From the NCBI GenBank assembly GCA_044892525.1, contig CM097887.1, positions 74,524,001 to 74,588,000 of the forward strand: a DNA stretch of 64,000 bases, read 5' to 3'. Shown in pieces: positions 8,924-23,084 of the stretch (position 1 is the stretch's first letter; every line of letters starts with the position of its first letter). The position numbers and the translations under genes were made by a program. Origin of the DNA: Schmidtea polychroa (lineage: Eukaryota). The notes below the pieces were generated by a model that was given only the letters and a program-made list of their open reading frames with translations, did not search any database and was not told the DNA's origin.

Positions 8924-11900
8924 ATGCGAAATTATTATGTAAGTAATCAAACTTTATGTATAAATAAAATTGATTTTGACAATAACTGGATATGTGGCCA
9001 TACAGAAATAGTGATATGGCCATTGGATCCAAGCATGGTACGAATTCATTTAAATGCAAAACAAATAAGAATCCATAGTACTCAACTTTGTACATTACAC
9101 AATGAGATCAGTATAATGGAAACAGATTTGGCTATGAGCTATCATGATCCATTTATGGCCATCAGTCGGAAATCAGATTACAATTTTTTTAATTTGGATA
9201 ATTTTATCAAAATGCACATTTCCTCAGCTAAACGTGTTGATTTAGAAGAAGGTATTGGAGAATTAACTCTTCAAATTCCACCTGAATTTTGGTCATATAT
9301 ATCAGAATTGAAACCTTTAAAACTAATTGTTGAATTTTCACTTTACCGCCCTAAATCTGGTCTATATTTTGTTAAACCAAATAATAATAAAAACGGTAAT
9401 TCCAATGGTAATTATTTATTTACATCGACAATGGGAAATATGTCTAGACTTTGGTTTCCTTGCGTTGATTGCGCCGAACCGTGTACATGGAAAATCGAAA
9501 TAACAGTCAATGAGGACATGGTAGCAATATCAAATGGTTTGTTGTTGGATTCAGTCTATACTCCAGATTTACACAATAAAGTTTATCATTATTTTTTAAA
9601 ACAACCAGTACCAGCATCATGTATAGGAATGGTCGTTGGTGAATTTGAGATTTATCCTGATCCTTTAATTAGCCATGTAACTCATTTCTGTCCTCCAAAA
9701 TTTATGCCTCTATTAAAAACAACAGTCGAAGCAATGCCACAAATTTTTAAATTTATTGAAGACAAATTAAATTTTAATTATCCTTTTGATATGTACAAAA
9801 CAGTTTTCGTTGAGAATGCATTCGAAGATTTTCATTCGTATGCTTCAATGACAATATTTGATTTAAATTTGCTACATCCGAATAATATGTTAGATCAAAG
9901 TTTAATTACATTGAAAGTCATGGCAATGGCAATACCGGAGCAATTCTTTGGGAATTTTACAGTAATGAAAGCATGGCCTCATGCATGGGTACCATGGGGA
10001 ATATCAGGCTATCTTGGGAAATTATATTTGAAGTCTTTAATGGGAATTAATGAATATAAGTTCAACATCAAAAAAGAAATGGACGAGGTAGTGAATTATG
10101 AAGAACAGAATGGAGGAATCGTCTTAGATCCATTGGAATGTAAAAACCTACCGAATTATAGCTTTAGTTTGCTATTCGCCCAGGTAATTTCATTATTTCT
10201 TAAATTTAAATAAATTCATTTGATTTTTTTATTCGAAATATGTAAAGAAATAAATCAAAGATATTGAAAGACGATACTGGTTTATAAAAAAAATTTTAGT
10301 GTCAAAAGTTGAATTATTGATTAAATATTTCCTGACTCCGTTTCCATGACACCATTACTAAAAAGTACACGAACACCACCAATTATAATTATAATCGAAG
10401 CAAATTGGAAGGAGGCTATTATAAAAGAAATTCCATTATAAATAATTTGAATTAAAAATTGATTTTTTCTAAATAGAGCTATTTTCTTTTTGTTGGAAAT
10501 TTTTTAGTTTTTAAGCTTTATTTCAGTCTTGTCTAATAAATTTGAAAATAAATTACCTAAAATATATAGAATACATACATGAAAAATAATCAATAACGAA
10601 ATTATGAATTATTTGATGGAACAGTGATGTAATCGATTAGTAACATTGAATGCGGAATTTAAAAAATAGAAACCCATTTTAATATCATAAGTTTTATTTT
10701 AAAAGATTTAATTATTTAAATGATTGCACTATATTTATATCGATCATGAGCTATACGTTGCCATATAGCTAAAAATAATTGGTATCATAATTAGCCCTAC
10801 CATCTCCTACCTTTTACCCGGGGCTTTCCCGGATTTTTGAGATTTGTCCTCCGTTTAAGACAATTTGTCCGGGATTTTGAAAATTATGCAAAAATGTTTT
10901 AAATTTATCTTCCTAATTGTCGAGTTCTTGATAGTTTGAAAGCTCATCAATACTTGCGTCGTCAAATTATTCATTTCAATCGAACTGGAATTCATTATTG
11001 GCAATATTTTCTTGAAAATCATCCATTTGACGCTTATTGACGACAATATTTTCGGGAAACGATAAGAAAAACTGAAAACATGGGGAAAAAATACAACATT
11101 GGGAATTTATTGTGTCGAATCACGAAGTGTATCTTTATGAGTGACGGCGTAAAACACTATTAATTATTTTAAGTTATCAACAGTCAATAATTGTTGTTTT
11201 TCAATTCAAGATAATTTGAGACTTTTTTAAATCTATTTCAAATAAATTCTTTTAGGCTGCAAATGCGACTTATGTTGCAATGTATAAGAAAAAGGCTGCT
11301 CTTATTATAAGACTACTTGAATTAAAATTAGGGCCTTCTATGATTTTGAAAGTTTTCCGAAAATTACTTCTTCTAGCAACCATGGCTCAAGATACTTCAG
11401 TCGATTCAAATTACAATTGTAATTTTGATTGATGATCCAATTTGAATGTTAATAATTGTCGTTTGCATTAACAACAGTGGCCGCTCCTGTTATCGATGAG
11501 CATCGAACAAATCTATTATTGTGCGCTGAATTGTTGAAATATGCGGTGGATCTTGTATCTGGATCTCAAATAACAAATTTTCTTGAGATGTGGGTAAATA
11601 AACCAGGTCATGTACGAATACAAGCCGAATATCAGTTTAATAGGCGTCGTAATGTAGCGGAACTGAGTGTTAAACAGGTAACTTATGAAATATTATTTTT
11701 TCTTTTAAAAACTTTTTTTTGAAATTTTGATATTAAATAAAAATTAATTTATTAATAATTTGAATTAGAATGTTTTAATGCAATTATATGATTACTGAAA
11801 ACGTTTGAAAAGCACAAGATTCTTAAAAAATAAAATTTTTTTACTCGTTAAATTAATATAATATAAACAAAACTGAATTTATTTCCGATTTTATTATTTT

Positions 11901-14900
11901 GACGCTTGCATTATAATATATATAATTTTTATTATATATATAATTTTAATGAAATTTATCTCATACAAAATATCAATACATAATTAATTGAATCGATAAT
12001 ATTAATTAAAATATTTATTAAATGATTCTTTTTTAGAAAATAATGCTTATAGATATATGATTGAACTATTAATATCATTTGAGATTATTTACTGATACAT
12101 TAAAATTACTTACTTTAATAAGTAACTAATTCTTGAATTTTTCAAAATGTAATCGAAGTTTATTCAACGATAATTATACAACCTTATTCAAAATATTCAG
12201 TACATGAATGAAAATGTGAAAATAAATGAAAACATTTAATCAGCGACGAATTCATTGAGATTATTTTATTAAATCATAACCATTACGTTATTAGTGGTTC
12301 CCTATATAACTGTTGACATAGATTATAATGACAGACTGATGATTAGGATAATTTCCTTGAAATATATTTCGTTTGACGTTTTAGTGTTTTTATGAAAAAA
12401 TATTTTTAGTATGCTTTTTCCTCTTATTTTCTAGACAGGTGTGTCATGAAAACTGCTTGGGAGCTTGCTGTAGTAGCAATAATTGTTAGTCGTCGTTGTC
12501 TAGTTAAAGTATCAGAATCACTGTAGCATAGTAGCAGAGGAAGATTGTTGCAATAATAATTCTTGTGATCCATAAAATACAACTAGCATGACGTCACATT
12601 CAGCTCAACTCACCCACCCACGTCAAGTTTTCATGGAACCCACCCTCGAGTGTGACGTGATGATGCAATGACCCCTATACAAAAATCTCAATCTTCTAAA
12701 TGTTAAAGCCATTTTTTAACTATATAATAACTATATTATATTTCTCAAATTAATTTCTTTTCGAAAGCTTCTTTGAATCCAACTAAAAAGATTTCAATCT
12801 TCATTAATTTTGCTACTATAGAAAATATTTTAACCCTTTGGAGTCTGATTTATTTTTCCTTCACTTTTGTTATATCTGAGGTCAGATTTTATGTAAATAT
12901 GGATAGTAATATCAAGAAATGATAATTTTACGACAAGGGCCGAAAAATGTGTGTCTTATTGGACATTTATGTTTAAGTATCATAGTTCAAGAACTGCAGA
13001 TGGTAAGGAACGAAGAAATATTACACATTTGACACAAAGTTTTCGTTCTTACTATTTTTTTCAGTTGTGTGTATCTGGAGCAGCGACTCTTGTAGAGCCC
13101 TTAATAGCTAAATGACTGCTTACATTTTGAAGTTTTCGTTATTTTGAACTAGGTCGCCCTAAAAAGTTTGCTGAATATACTTTTTACAGTTGTACCATTT
13201 CTTCTCAAAGCCTAGTGTGGATTCAAAAACTGGTATATTTCTGTATAATGGAAAATCGGGATCTATTTGTACCATTAGGCGCACATAATGTATGGGTGGG
13301 CCACATGTCCCGATACACTCCAAATTGTTAAAAACCAAATACCGAAAATCCATGTTAAATGTCAAATATTGATCTTCACCCAAAAGAGTAATGAAAATTC
13401 TAAATAAAAACAACTTGATAAAATAATACTAATATTATTTTGCGAAGGAATTCTTTCTCTTCTATTAGTATGACCTTTCAATTTAATTTCTAAAGCAATT
13501 TATTTATAATTGTTGTTAAGATAAATTATAATACAAAGTGACTGCAAGAAAAGTGTAAATAGTCAAAAGAAGGAGAATAGGGAAGATATTTATTGAACTA
13601 CATCTAACTCCTTTTTTAAAAAAAAGGCAACATTGTAGTAGTGTAAGAGTTGGGTATAATTGTTTTGGGGAATCGTGTTAGAACAAATGATTCGTGTAAA
13701 AAAATATAGTAAGAAAGAGTTAACTAGATAATTAATAGGTCATATAGTATCTCTTTGAAAGTAATGATTTATTTTTTAAACAGAAAAATAAATATTTTCC
13801 TTCGTTTGATCATTTATACTTTCATTGCTGTCATATTGTATATTAATCCATCTAAACAATAATTATGAATAAAAGCAAATTAATAAACTGTCAAGAAGTG
13901 CGATAAAATCAACTGGAACTAATTTACTAACTCGTTAAATTGGTGTAATTGTTTAAAAATTGATATCTGGCATTTTCAAGAATACGGTGATGCAATGAAA
14001 TGAGCCGACACAATTAATTACTAAAACAATTAAAAATTCCTAAAACAATATGTTACTTTCACACAAGAATAGGTTCTAGGACTGTTCACCACATGACAAT
14101 TCAACACACCCATCTCATCACCATTTCATCACATGCCAGTTCATCACATTACAATTTCATCACAAAAACTCAAACAGGCACAAATAGGATAAAATAGTTT
14201 AGTTCCAAACATTTCCCGCTTATAATGCTCAACTTTATCTGTTTGATCTCCATCCTTCATTTGTTATTTTGATTATACACGAACTTAGTGATTGTTATAT
14301 TTTGTGGTTGTTTAGTTTTTGAGAGCTGTTTCTCATATGTTTTAAATATAGTAATTTTTAGGTTATATTTTACTTATGCATCAACCTAATATTGTTTACA
14401 GAATGTGATTTCTTGTTTTTGTTTATAAATATTAGAATACAATTTATGTTAATATTGAAACTTTGCAATTAAATTTAATAAATGTTCGTAATCCATATTA
14501 TGAGACTTGAATTCGTATTTAAAATGATATGAAATTTTACTCATAATAAGTTTCATAATCCTGCATGAGTTTTTGTGATGAATTGTCATGGGGTGAACAG
14601 TCCGGACACGAGAATATATTTATAAATTTGTATTTCACCAATTTCTATTGGCTTTTCGTTATTTTATTTTATTTTCAATCATGCCATTTTAGTTCCATCA
14701 CAGAATACGAGGTTGTTTTGAATACATAGGGCCCGTTGAAGTTGTTACTCAAGAATTTGAAGGTTTTTTTCAACAAAAAGTCCGAATAGATAGGCCTGTT
14801 AATCCCAGCCAATCTCGTATTGTTGTAGACATTCCTTTACACACTAAAGTTCGGAAACATAGAAAACGAAAAGTAACTCTATCGAATGGTGCAGAAGTCG

Positions 14901-16201
14901 ATGTAGATTTACCTCCAAATGATAGTGATATTCCTTATCTCTGGATAATGCTCGATATTAATATGACACTTTTCGGCAAAATTGATCTCATTCAACCCGA
15001 TAGAATTTGCCTGTTGATTTTACGACATGAACAGGATGCTTTGGCTCAAATCTCGGCAATTGAAACCATTTCTGCTGTTAGAGATGCTTCATACTTGTCG
15101 GTTTTGAGAGACATCGCGCAAAATAACAAAGTCTTTTATCAAACTCGTATCCAAGCGGCAATAGGAATGAAAGACATTATGAATAATATTCATCAAGTAA
15201 ACCAAGGTGGCCTTCGTGATGTATTTACGACTTTATATTACACTAAAACCGGAAAATCAATGATTTGTAGTAATGATTTCAAAAATCTCGGAAATTATCG
15301 ATTACAAGTCTCTATAATTCGACAATTAGCTTTACTTCAGACCTCACATGGATTATGTCCATCTGATATTCCTACTTTGTTATTCAATCTACTTCTCTAT
15401 AACGATAACTCAACTAACCGATACTCTGATGTTTATTACAAAGCTGAAATTATCCGTTCCATGGGTGACGCTATTAGAATGGGAGTTTTCCATCGAGGCG
15501 ACTCTTCTTTGGAGTTTCTTCCATCTGAAATTAAAATGATTTTGAAAGATGTATTGCGGTGTTTGACACTTGACCAAGCAATGCCCACTTATAAGTTTAC
15601 AATTACCCAGCCTTGTTTAATGATTTTGCGTCGATTACAGGAATATGGATACATTGTTGATGAACCGGGAATTTTCTATCCTTATGTATCGGAAAACTAC
15701 ACATATGATGTTCGTAAAACTGCCCTGTTGTGCTTAATCTCAGCGGTAGATGGAATGAAGAATTACGAGGTTTTGGAATGGTTAATGGCTGAAATTATTA
15801 TGAAGGATAGTTTTTCAGCTCGACTTCGTTTTGACACAGTAAATGGATTGGTGGATAAATTCAAAATGAACAATTATTCTAGCAATCGACAAGATATATA
15901 TCGAATGTATTGGAGTCAGAAGTTGCCTGAACTTTATCGATTTGTTGATTGCCAAGCATCGTCTGATTGGAGACTTAGAAGTGCAGTTATCACTCTAACT
16001 AAATGCATTGCAGATATTGGATCAACTAATGTTAATTCTATGGATCATAATTCTGGAAGGAACACAACGCCAAGAGATATTTCCGATTGTACGCCTTTTG
16101 AATCCGGCCAGAGAATAAATATATTCGATGCATGTCGTAGTCCTCAGCGTCAAAATGATATTACGAGATTAAGTGACGATTCTGACGTTGAAATTTTGTA
16201 A
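8924..16201 (+). CDS. TAF2: Transcription initiation factor TFIID subunit 2; join(8924..10183,11256..11418,11478..11677,14693..16201), about 1043 aa
   Basis: Aminopeptidase-N-like TAF2 motifs: SNQTLCINKIDF...GHTEI, RLWFPCVD...CTWKIEITV, WVNKPG...FNRRRNVAELSVKQ, YIGPVEVVTQEFEG, YLWIMLD, LRHEQDALAQ, CLTLDQAMPTYKFTIT. All three introns are GT-AG and phase-consistent. The extreme N- and C-termini could have extra exons. Confidence 0.92.
14079..14603. mobile_element. MITE in TAF2 intron 3
   Basis: 24-bp TIR GGACTGTTCACCACATGACAATTC versus reverse complement of GAATTGTCATGGGGTGAACAGTCC (1 mismatch). An additional inverted subterminal motif CATCACAAAAACTCA/TGAGTTTTTGTGATG is present. TSD unclear. 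Confidence 0.75.
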
Positions 16202-16976
16202 AAAATGTAAATACCTTTGTGGAATAGATTTTTCTTATTGTTTCACTTTCTGTTGTTATTTTAGAAAATATTGAACTTTATTAATATTTATAGGCTAATC
16301 TGGTGATGGTAAAAGTAAACAGATTCATTCTTTATATAATATCATTAAACAAGACTTGGTTATAAAGTGATGATTTCTTGGTAACAGTATTAATTAAATG
16401 TTAAACAATTAAATGATAATATAAGCTTTTTACTGTAAAGTATATATTGAAGCAAAAGGCTTATATCATTTACTTGATACAGGGTTATGTAACAATATAT
16501 TTAAAATTATTCAAATCATATTTAAAAAAATATGTATACAATTTTAATGGGAAATAATTTTGAATACCTAAACATTTCGAAATAAAACACGCGAAAAATG
16601 CAGCTGATTACGGACAGGACTTGGTAAGAACGGATTCATTAAAGACATTGAAGATTCCCATATTATATTAGAAAACTATCTGTAAATTTGTAGGTAAAAT
16701 TGGAAAAGAATCGACAGATAAAAATATTTGTTTAAAAGGTGGACTGGAAATGAAAGTAGGCAATGAAGAGATACATTATATAATCTGAAAATATTACCAA
16801 TCGAATTGTCAAACAATGGTCTGATTACTAGTCAAGGCACCATATCCAAAACTCTAAAAGATGGATTATACAAGAAAGTACTTAGTTAAAATTCCTAAAG
16901 AACGAAATATCGATATTCATCAAATATATGGAAGAGATAATTTGGTGTTTTAGGATTGAACGGGGATGAATAGTAG

Positions 16977-16980
<4 letters not shown>

Positions 16981-17060
<80 letters not shown>
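16981..17060. repeat. (TA)n microsatellite
   Basis: Pure TA run. Confidence 0.98.
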
Positions 17061-17063
<3 letters not shown>

Positions 17064-19118
17064 CTAAAAATTTGTAAGCATTTAACTGGTACTAATATAT
17101 GGTTACAATTAAAAAACTGGATAATATGTTATGAAGTAAAAATGGTTCGTTTAATGGTGATACTTTTATACAATTCATCGAAAAACTATATACTCATTTT
17201 ATTCTAAATCCTAATAACGTTTCAATAATGGATCATCGAGGGGGTGTAATTTCTGTAATGAATGCAAAAAGAATAATTTATTCATCCATATTCGCCTTAA
17301 TTAAATTCAATTGAGGAATATTTTAATTATTTCAAATATCAAGAATAATATCTGTTGAATTAAACCGTAAGCAATTAAACGAAATGAAATGTCATATTTG
17401 GATGTACGCAAATGCTGTTTTTGAATTTTGGTTTATGAATGTGTGAATATATATTTAAAAGGTGTTGGCAAGACAAGAATGTATTTAATGATCATTTTGC
17501 ATAACCTATACCAAAATTAACATTAAATAAGAGTCTATAATATACATCAACAGTCATAAATGATGTATAACAAGGGCACATATTAGGGAAAGTTAGCAAT
17601 TTAAACGTTATATTTTTCATTAAATTTACATTTTTAAAAAAAACAATGAACCATGTGATGTCTCATTTACTTTGTTTTCCAAAAGCATGACATACCATGA
17701 CTCATGTCTTTGTTAGAGCATCGGCAGAGAATTATGATTAGTTGATGATCTCTATAACACAGGCACGCAGTTTCCAGTGTACCACACTCTCCTAACAAAA
17801 TCATGAAGGCAAGGAATTCGAGAAATCTTTCCTGATTTTCATTGAATCATGCGCCAGATAAGAGTCTATACTAGCAGAGGAAATGAACACCATACCGGAG
17901 CCCATGTTCCGGAACCCGTATGACCAGGGCTATGACCATGCCAACGGATCCAGCAGTTAAGATCCTGATAATTTCGCCAACGATGTCTAGCGCTGCTGTT
18001 AGTAATACTCGCGAATCAACCAAAGCCAATGGAATGACTAAAAGCCAGGCACACAGATTAAGACGCAAATGTCTAAAGGTCAACTTAGCCCTATTAAGGA
18101 TGGCAATGATTCACAGTAGCTATGGACTCCGAACGATATTTCTTTACCGGTAGTCAATGAATCCTAAATAGATTTCAACAGGATAGTAGGTTCGGCTGCT
18201 GAGCTGGTCTGCCCAATTATATCCAACCATCACATACAGTACCAACATGATATGTCAACATAGATATACAGGGGATTAGCTTTAATAGTCATTCAAGCGA
18301 TTTGAAAAACTGATCGCCCTTTTTCAAAAACCTAGACATTTAGCCGATCAGTATCTAGGTGTCCAACAGATTCAAGGTTCCAAGATTAAGGTTTTGTTTA
18401 AATTTTATTTATTCCATTCAAATTTATTTGCCTATTTCAGGTCCCACAAAATAACAGCCAGGCAATGATTTATTTTAATTTATTTTTTTTCAAATTCTTA
18501 ACATAAGGAATCAGAAGCTATACCGTCCGAATAAATTAATCAAAATTTAATAAGTGAGATCACACTGACTACATCTGGCCAATGAAAAACTGAGCGATAA
18601 ACTCGTTCGATTTACATTAAATAAAGAAAATTTACATCTACGAGAATCTATCACTACAAATATCTTCTTAACGCCAGCGCGAAAACATCCATTGTGGCTG
18701 ATGATTTACTTTTATCTCTGTATTTTGCGACTTACAAGAACTACGAGATAATTTCTTTTTCTTACTCAATTTTCATAGAATCGAACTACTTATATCCTTT
18801 TCTTCTAATGTATTGTTTTTGAAACAAGATTTACTAAACATTTCGAATTATTTAAGAGATATTGACGATATAGATGCTTTAGAAAAGTGACATGGGACTG
18901 TATTTATTAGAGATACTTTTCAAGTTCCAATTTAATTGCGTTAAGTCCGAGGAAACTTTAAGAAAAATTGTTCTCAAATATTAAACATAATTTAAATACA
19001 AATTTAAATACATTTGATTTAATTAATTTTAAGTCAAAATAACTTTTAATATCAAATAAATCAATAAGTTGTTTTAATAATTATATATTTAGAGATTTTT
19101 TTAAAATATTTTTTATTT

Positions 19119-19681
19119 ATGAAACCAATTGAAAATTATTATAAATATTTATCAATACCTATTGATAGTTCAGCTAAAGCAATCAAAAGGGCGTACAAGA
19201 AAAAATCATTGCTTGTCCATCCAGATAAATTGAAAGAATCATCTTCAGATGAATTTAATAAATTAAAAGAAATATATGATATTCTATCAGATCCTGCAAA
19301 GAGAGCTGCTTATGACAAGAAATATTTTGAGATCAAAGCTCAAGAAGAACAAAAAGCAAAGTTGACTCAAAGACAAAAAGAACTTAGAGAAAGTAATTTT
19401 TTAATCATTTATAAATTTATTTAATGTTACTAGAATTTCAGGCAGAAGAAGAAGAAGCTAAAAGACAGAAGATAGAAGAAGAAAAAGAAAAATTAAATAT
19501 GTTACGTAAAACTCAGATTATGAGAGAAGACGAAATATTTTTAATGAAATTTGATAAAGAAATGGAAGCTAAACGACAAAAAAGAATGGAAACAATAATC
19601 AAAGCCGCTACTACAAACAGAGATAATTATTCGGATACTGAATATTCGGAGGATGAAGTAATGAAAATGATGGGATTGTAA
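19119..19681 (+). CDS. DNAJC17: J-domain protein, DNAJC17/Cwc23-like; join(19119..19392,19434..19681 or donor at 19678)
   Basis: J-domain with HPD motif. DPAKRAAYDK followed by a charged helix as in DNAJC17. A 41-nt GT-AG intron (19393-19433) restores ...ELREKFQAEEEE. YSEDEVMKMM resembles the start of the DNAJC17 C-terminal region. 3' end uncertain. Confidence 0.72.
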
Positions 19682-20059
19682 ATATGTTCCCCCATCTCAC
19701 CTTATTTTCATGATTTACGAATGTTAAATATAATTCGTTTTTTAAATAATTGAATTTTAAAAATTGTGAATAACTTATTTCTTAGTACAAAACTATTATA
19801 TAGGATTTCTTGGTCTATTAAAGAAGCCTATTTTAATGAATAATGACAATTCTCTATAGCTCATTAAAACGGCTAATAAACACGACATGAGAGTCATTAT
19901 TGAATATTGCTTCATGTTGGGAATTTGACTCATGTTTTATCAATACATTTCTAGTTTTCTGTGTTGATACTTTATTAGATTTTATGCATTTGATCTTAAA
20001 TCTGGGAAATAATTTTGTGGCCACAATTTTATTAACAAATAAATATTTTCCCCTAGATT

Positions 20060-21150
20060 AAACAAGTAATGTAATAAAGAAAGACTTTTTTAAAAGAATG
20101 GTTTTAGATTCATATCAGCTTTTTTCGGAATTTTTCTTCACAAATTCATCGAATAATACATCAAAATTAATGGATTTTATCATATCAAAATTACTTGATA
20201 ATAATGCATAATTCTTTAAAGTATCTTGAGAAATTGTATATAAATCATTTTTTGTTAATTTTAATTTTGAAAAACTTTCTTTTACCACTGCAGTTTGATG
20301 TCATTAAACATATAAAAATTCTTATAATTATTTCAGTATTCTGAAATTTGTACAAAATCAAATGATTTAATGGCTACTCTTCATTTGGAAAGTTACTTTT
20401 AAGAAAAATTGGAAGTGTGAAATTTCGTCATAAAGAGTTTTATCAATATCTTTCCTGTATTCCTTAACAACATTTTTTACACTGGATTACTAATATTAGT
20501 TTTAACTAAAAATCCGAAAGTTTCATTCAATTCCCCATAACATTTAGCTCTTTGTTTTAAATTTGAATAAAAAAATGTTTATGATTTTCAAAAACACATT
20601 ATTTTTAAATTTTTCTTTAGGATTAAGGTACTCTTGCTATCTGCATTCTGCTAGGAAAAAAAATTCTTTCGAATTATTTTCTGAGTATACTCGGTATTTG
20701 GTAACAGCGTCTTATCATTCATTTCATTAGAATCAAATTTTACAGTGAGCCCAAACAGAAATTCACCAAGAGTTGAATACATTTCACCACAAGTATCAAG
20801 TGTTTTTTTGGTTCTGTAATAATTTTGATACATCATCAATTCTTTCTAATATTGTGTTCCACATGATTGATTGCAAGACAAATTCAAATTCGTCAATTTT
20901 ATGCATTAAATAATTTGTTGTGGACCTCGATTCCCCTCAATTCCTCGAAGCTATCTGAGATAACAAATAATGCTTCAGATATTCTTTCATTGTTTTGAAA
21001 GATAATTTTTACGGCCCCCGCATGAGCACTCCATCTCTTATTTGCTAATGATTTATCTGATTTAGTGGAATGTTTTTCGAGTGCATTCCATCATTTTGTA
21101 GATGATGACAAAAAGTTGTAGATTTCCTGCAGGATACCAAAAAAAATTTA
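20060..21150 (-). pseudogene. Decayed hAT transposase (ZMYM1-like/TTF-type group), C-terminal half
   Basis: Frameshifted pieces FFGILQEIYNF, RWSAH, ERIDDVSKLLQ, and dimerisation domain IIRIFICLMTSNCSG..SFSKLKLTKN...INFDVLFDEF. Confidence 0.8.
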
Positions 21151-23084
21151 TTGTCTCAATACATTGTCTGAAGGCAGAAATTTAGGTTTTTGATCGAGAT
21201 TACATATTATAAGCGTTATCATAAGACGGGGATCTACTGTCAAATGTTCAAATCTATAACTTTTTTGTAAGAAATTTACAAATTTTCACCAATATGATTT
21301 TCGATTTGAAGAAAATGAATGAATCTCTCGACAGGCTCAAAAATTAAGGCATCTATATATCTTAAAACTATGCAAAATTAATTATGACTAACATCTGGTG
21401 TGGAAACAACTGATAGTCCAAAATATTTTGATTTTCTTATTTCATCAGCAATTGAATGTACAGCAAAGCAATCGATTCTCCGCAGGTAATTTTTCATAAA
21501 TATGTTGGGCTAGAACTGATTTCTAGACCCAAAGTTAGGAATGGGACGAAAAATACACACAACACGCATACCCAGCATTAAGTTTACTTAAATAAAAATA
21601 TATAAAACACCAAGTAAACAATGATAATAGAGAGATAATATACCCAAAAATAAAACACCTGAATTAAAAATAAAATAAAACACGAGCAAGAAGTATTACA
21701 CGAAAACTTACTCAAATATAACCGAAAGACATAAAACAACAAAAAACAAATTCGAATAAAGGCGATTAGTAAAAATTAAAAAGAAAATCTTCATAAAATC
21801 TTACGTAAAGAAAATTATATCGATATTTTGAATAAAAATCCAGAACAATTCATAAAAATGGCGAAATCCATCATGACCACCAAACGACCCAATAAAATTT
21901 ATAAAAAATAAATATTTTAGTTTAAAAAATAAATATTTTAGAAAAGAAATCATAAAAAACAATTTAAAAATAAGAAATAGATTAAATTTAGCATGGAATG
22001 TTCTGGAAATGCTGAAATCCATCATGGAGGCAAATTTAATAAAAAATAATTCGAAAATAAAATTTCAAAAATAAAAACAAAAATTCTTACTGAAAAATCG
22101 CCATCAAAATCGATAAAAATTAAAAATCGAATGTTCGAGAATTAAAATAATCTGAATTTGTTTTACTGCATCAATGCACGCATGTATACTTACACGTCAA
22201 ACAGAGGCTATATAAACTAACACATTTCGTCACTTTTTAAGGAAAAAAATGCAAATGAATATTTTTACTCTTATGCCAAATTTTTGGTTTTTTATTTTTC
22301 TGAGATTGTAGGTAAGAACGATTTCATTGTGAATTATAAGTTATTATTATTGAAACCTTGTTTTCATTATTTCTTTTTAACTATAGAAATGTAGGTTTGA
22401 GTGAGATCGTCGGTTATCATTGATTTTGAAGCGAGATCCCAGCCAACCCTGCACCTATGCACTTTATCATCGATGAGTACACAGTTCACAATGATTGCAG
22501 GCCACTGCCTGGCACGCACTTATCAATATTATTGGTTTCTTTTTGTTCGGTCATCGGAGGTCAGCCACTTCATGGTTCTACAATGGAGTTGTGTCGATAA
22601 AACCCCTCCGCTATGGCTCCATATATTTATTTATCGGTCGACAGCGATATTTCGACTCCACACAACAGTAGGGCTTGTCGTAGCGGTCACAGTGGGGCCG
22701 TGTAAGCAAGCACTCTTCCCGACTTTCAATGCATGAATAACTTACATAGTTAAAATCTACATCCAAAATCATCACAATACAATACACTAAGGTTAATAAA
22801 CGGAGTAGATCTCAGACCTAAATTAATCACAACTCTACAATTCACAATTAATGTAGACGGTTAAATATCATCAAGAACCAACTCTACCTATACGTTTGTC
22901 GAATCTAGCTTTAAGAATGTCTTAAATAAATTTTCTAGTAATAGTGTAAAGTAAAGATTTTTTAAAAATGATTGATTTAGTAGTGATAGCATTCATAAAG
23001 GTGTTCAACATGCGTATCAGCAAGACTTGGATTTTAAATTGAATAGACTCTAAACTAACTATAAAAATACAAATCGTAAACCCA

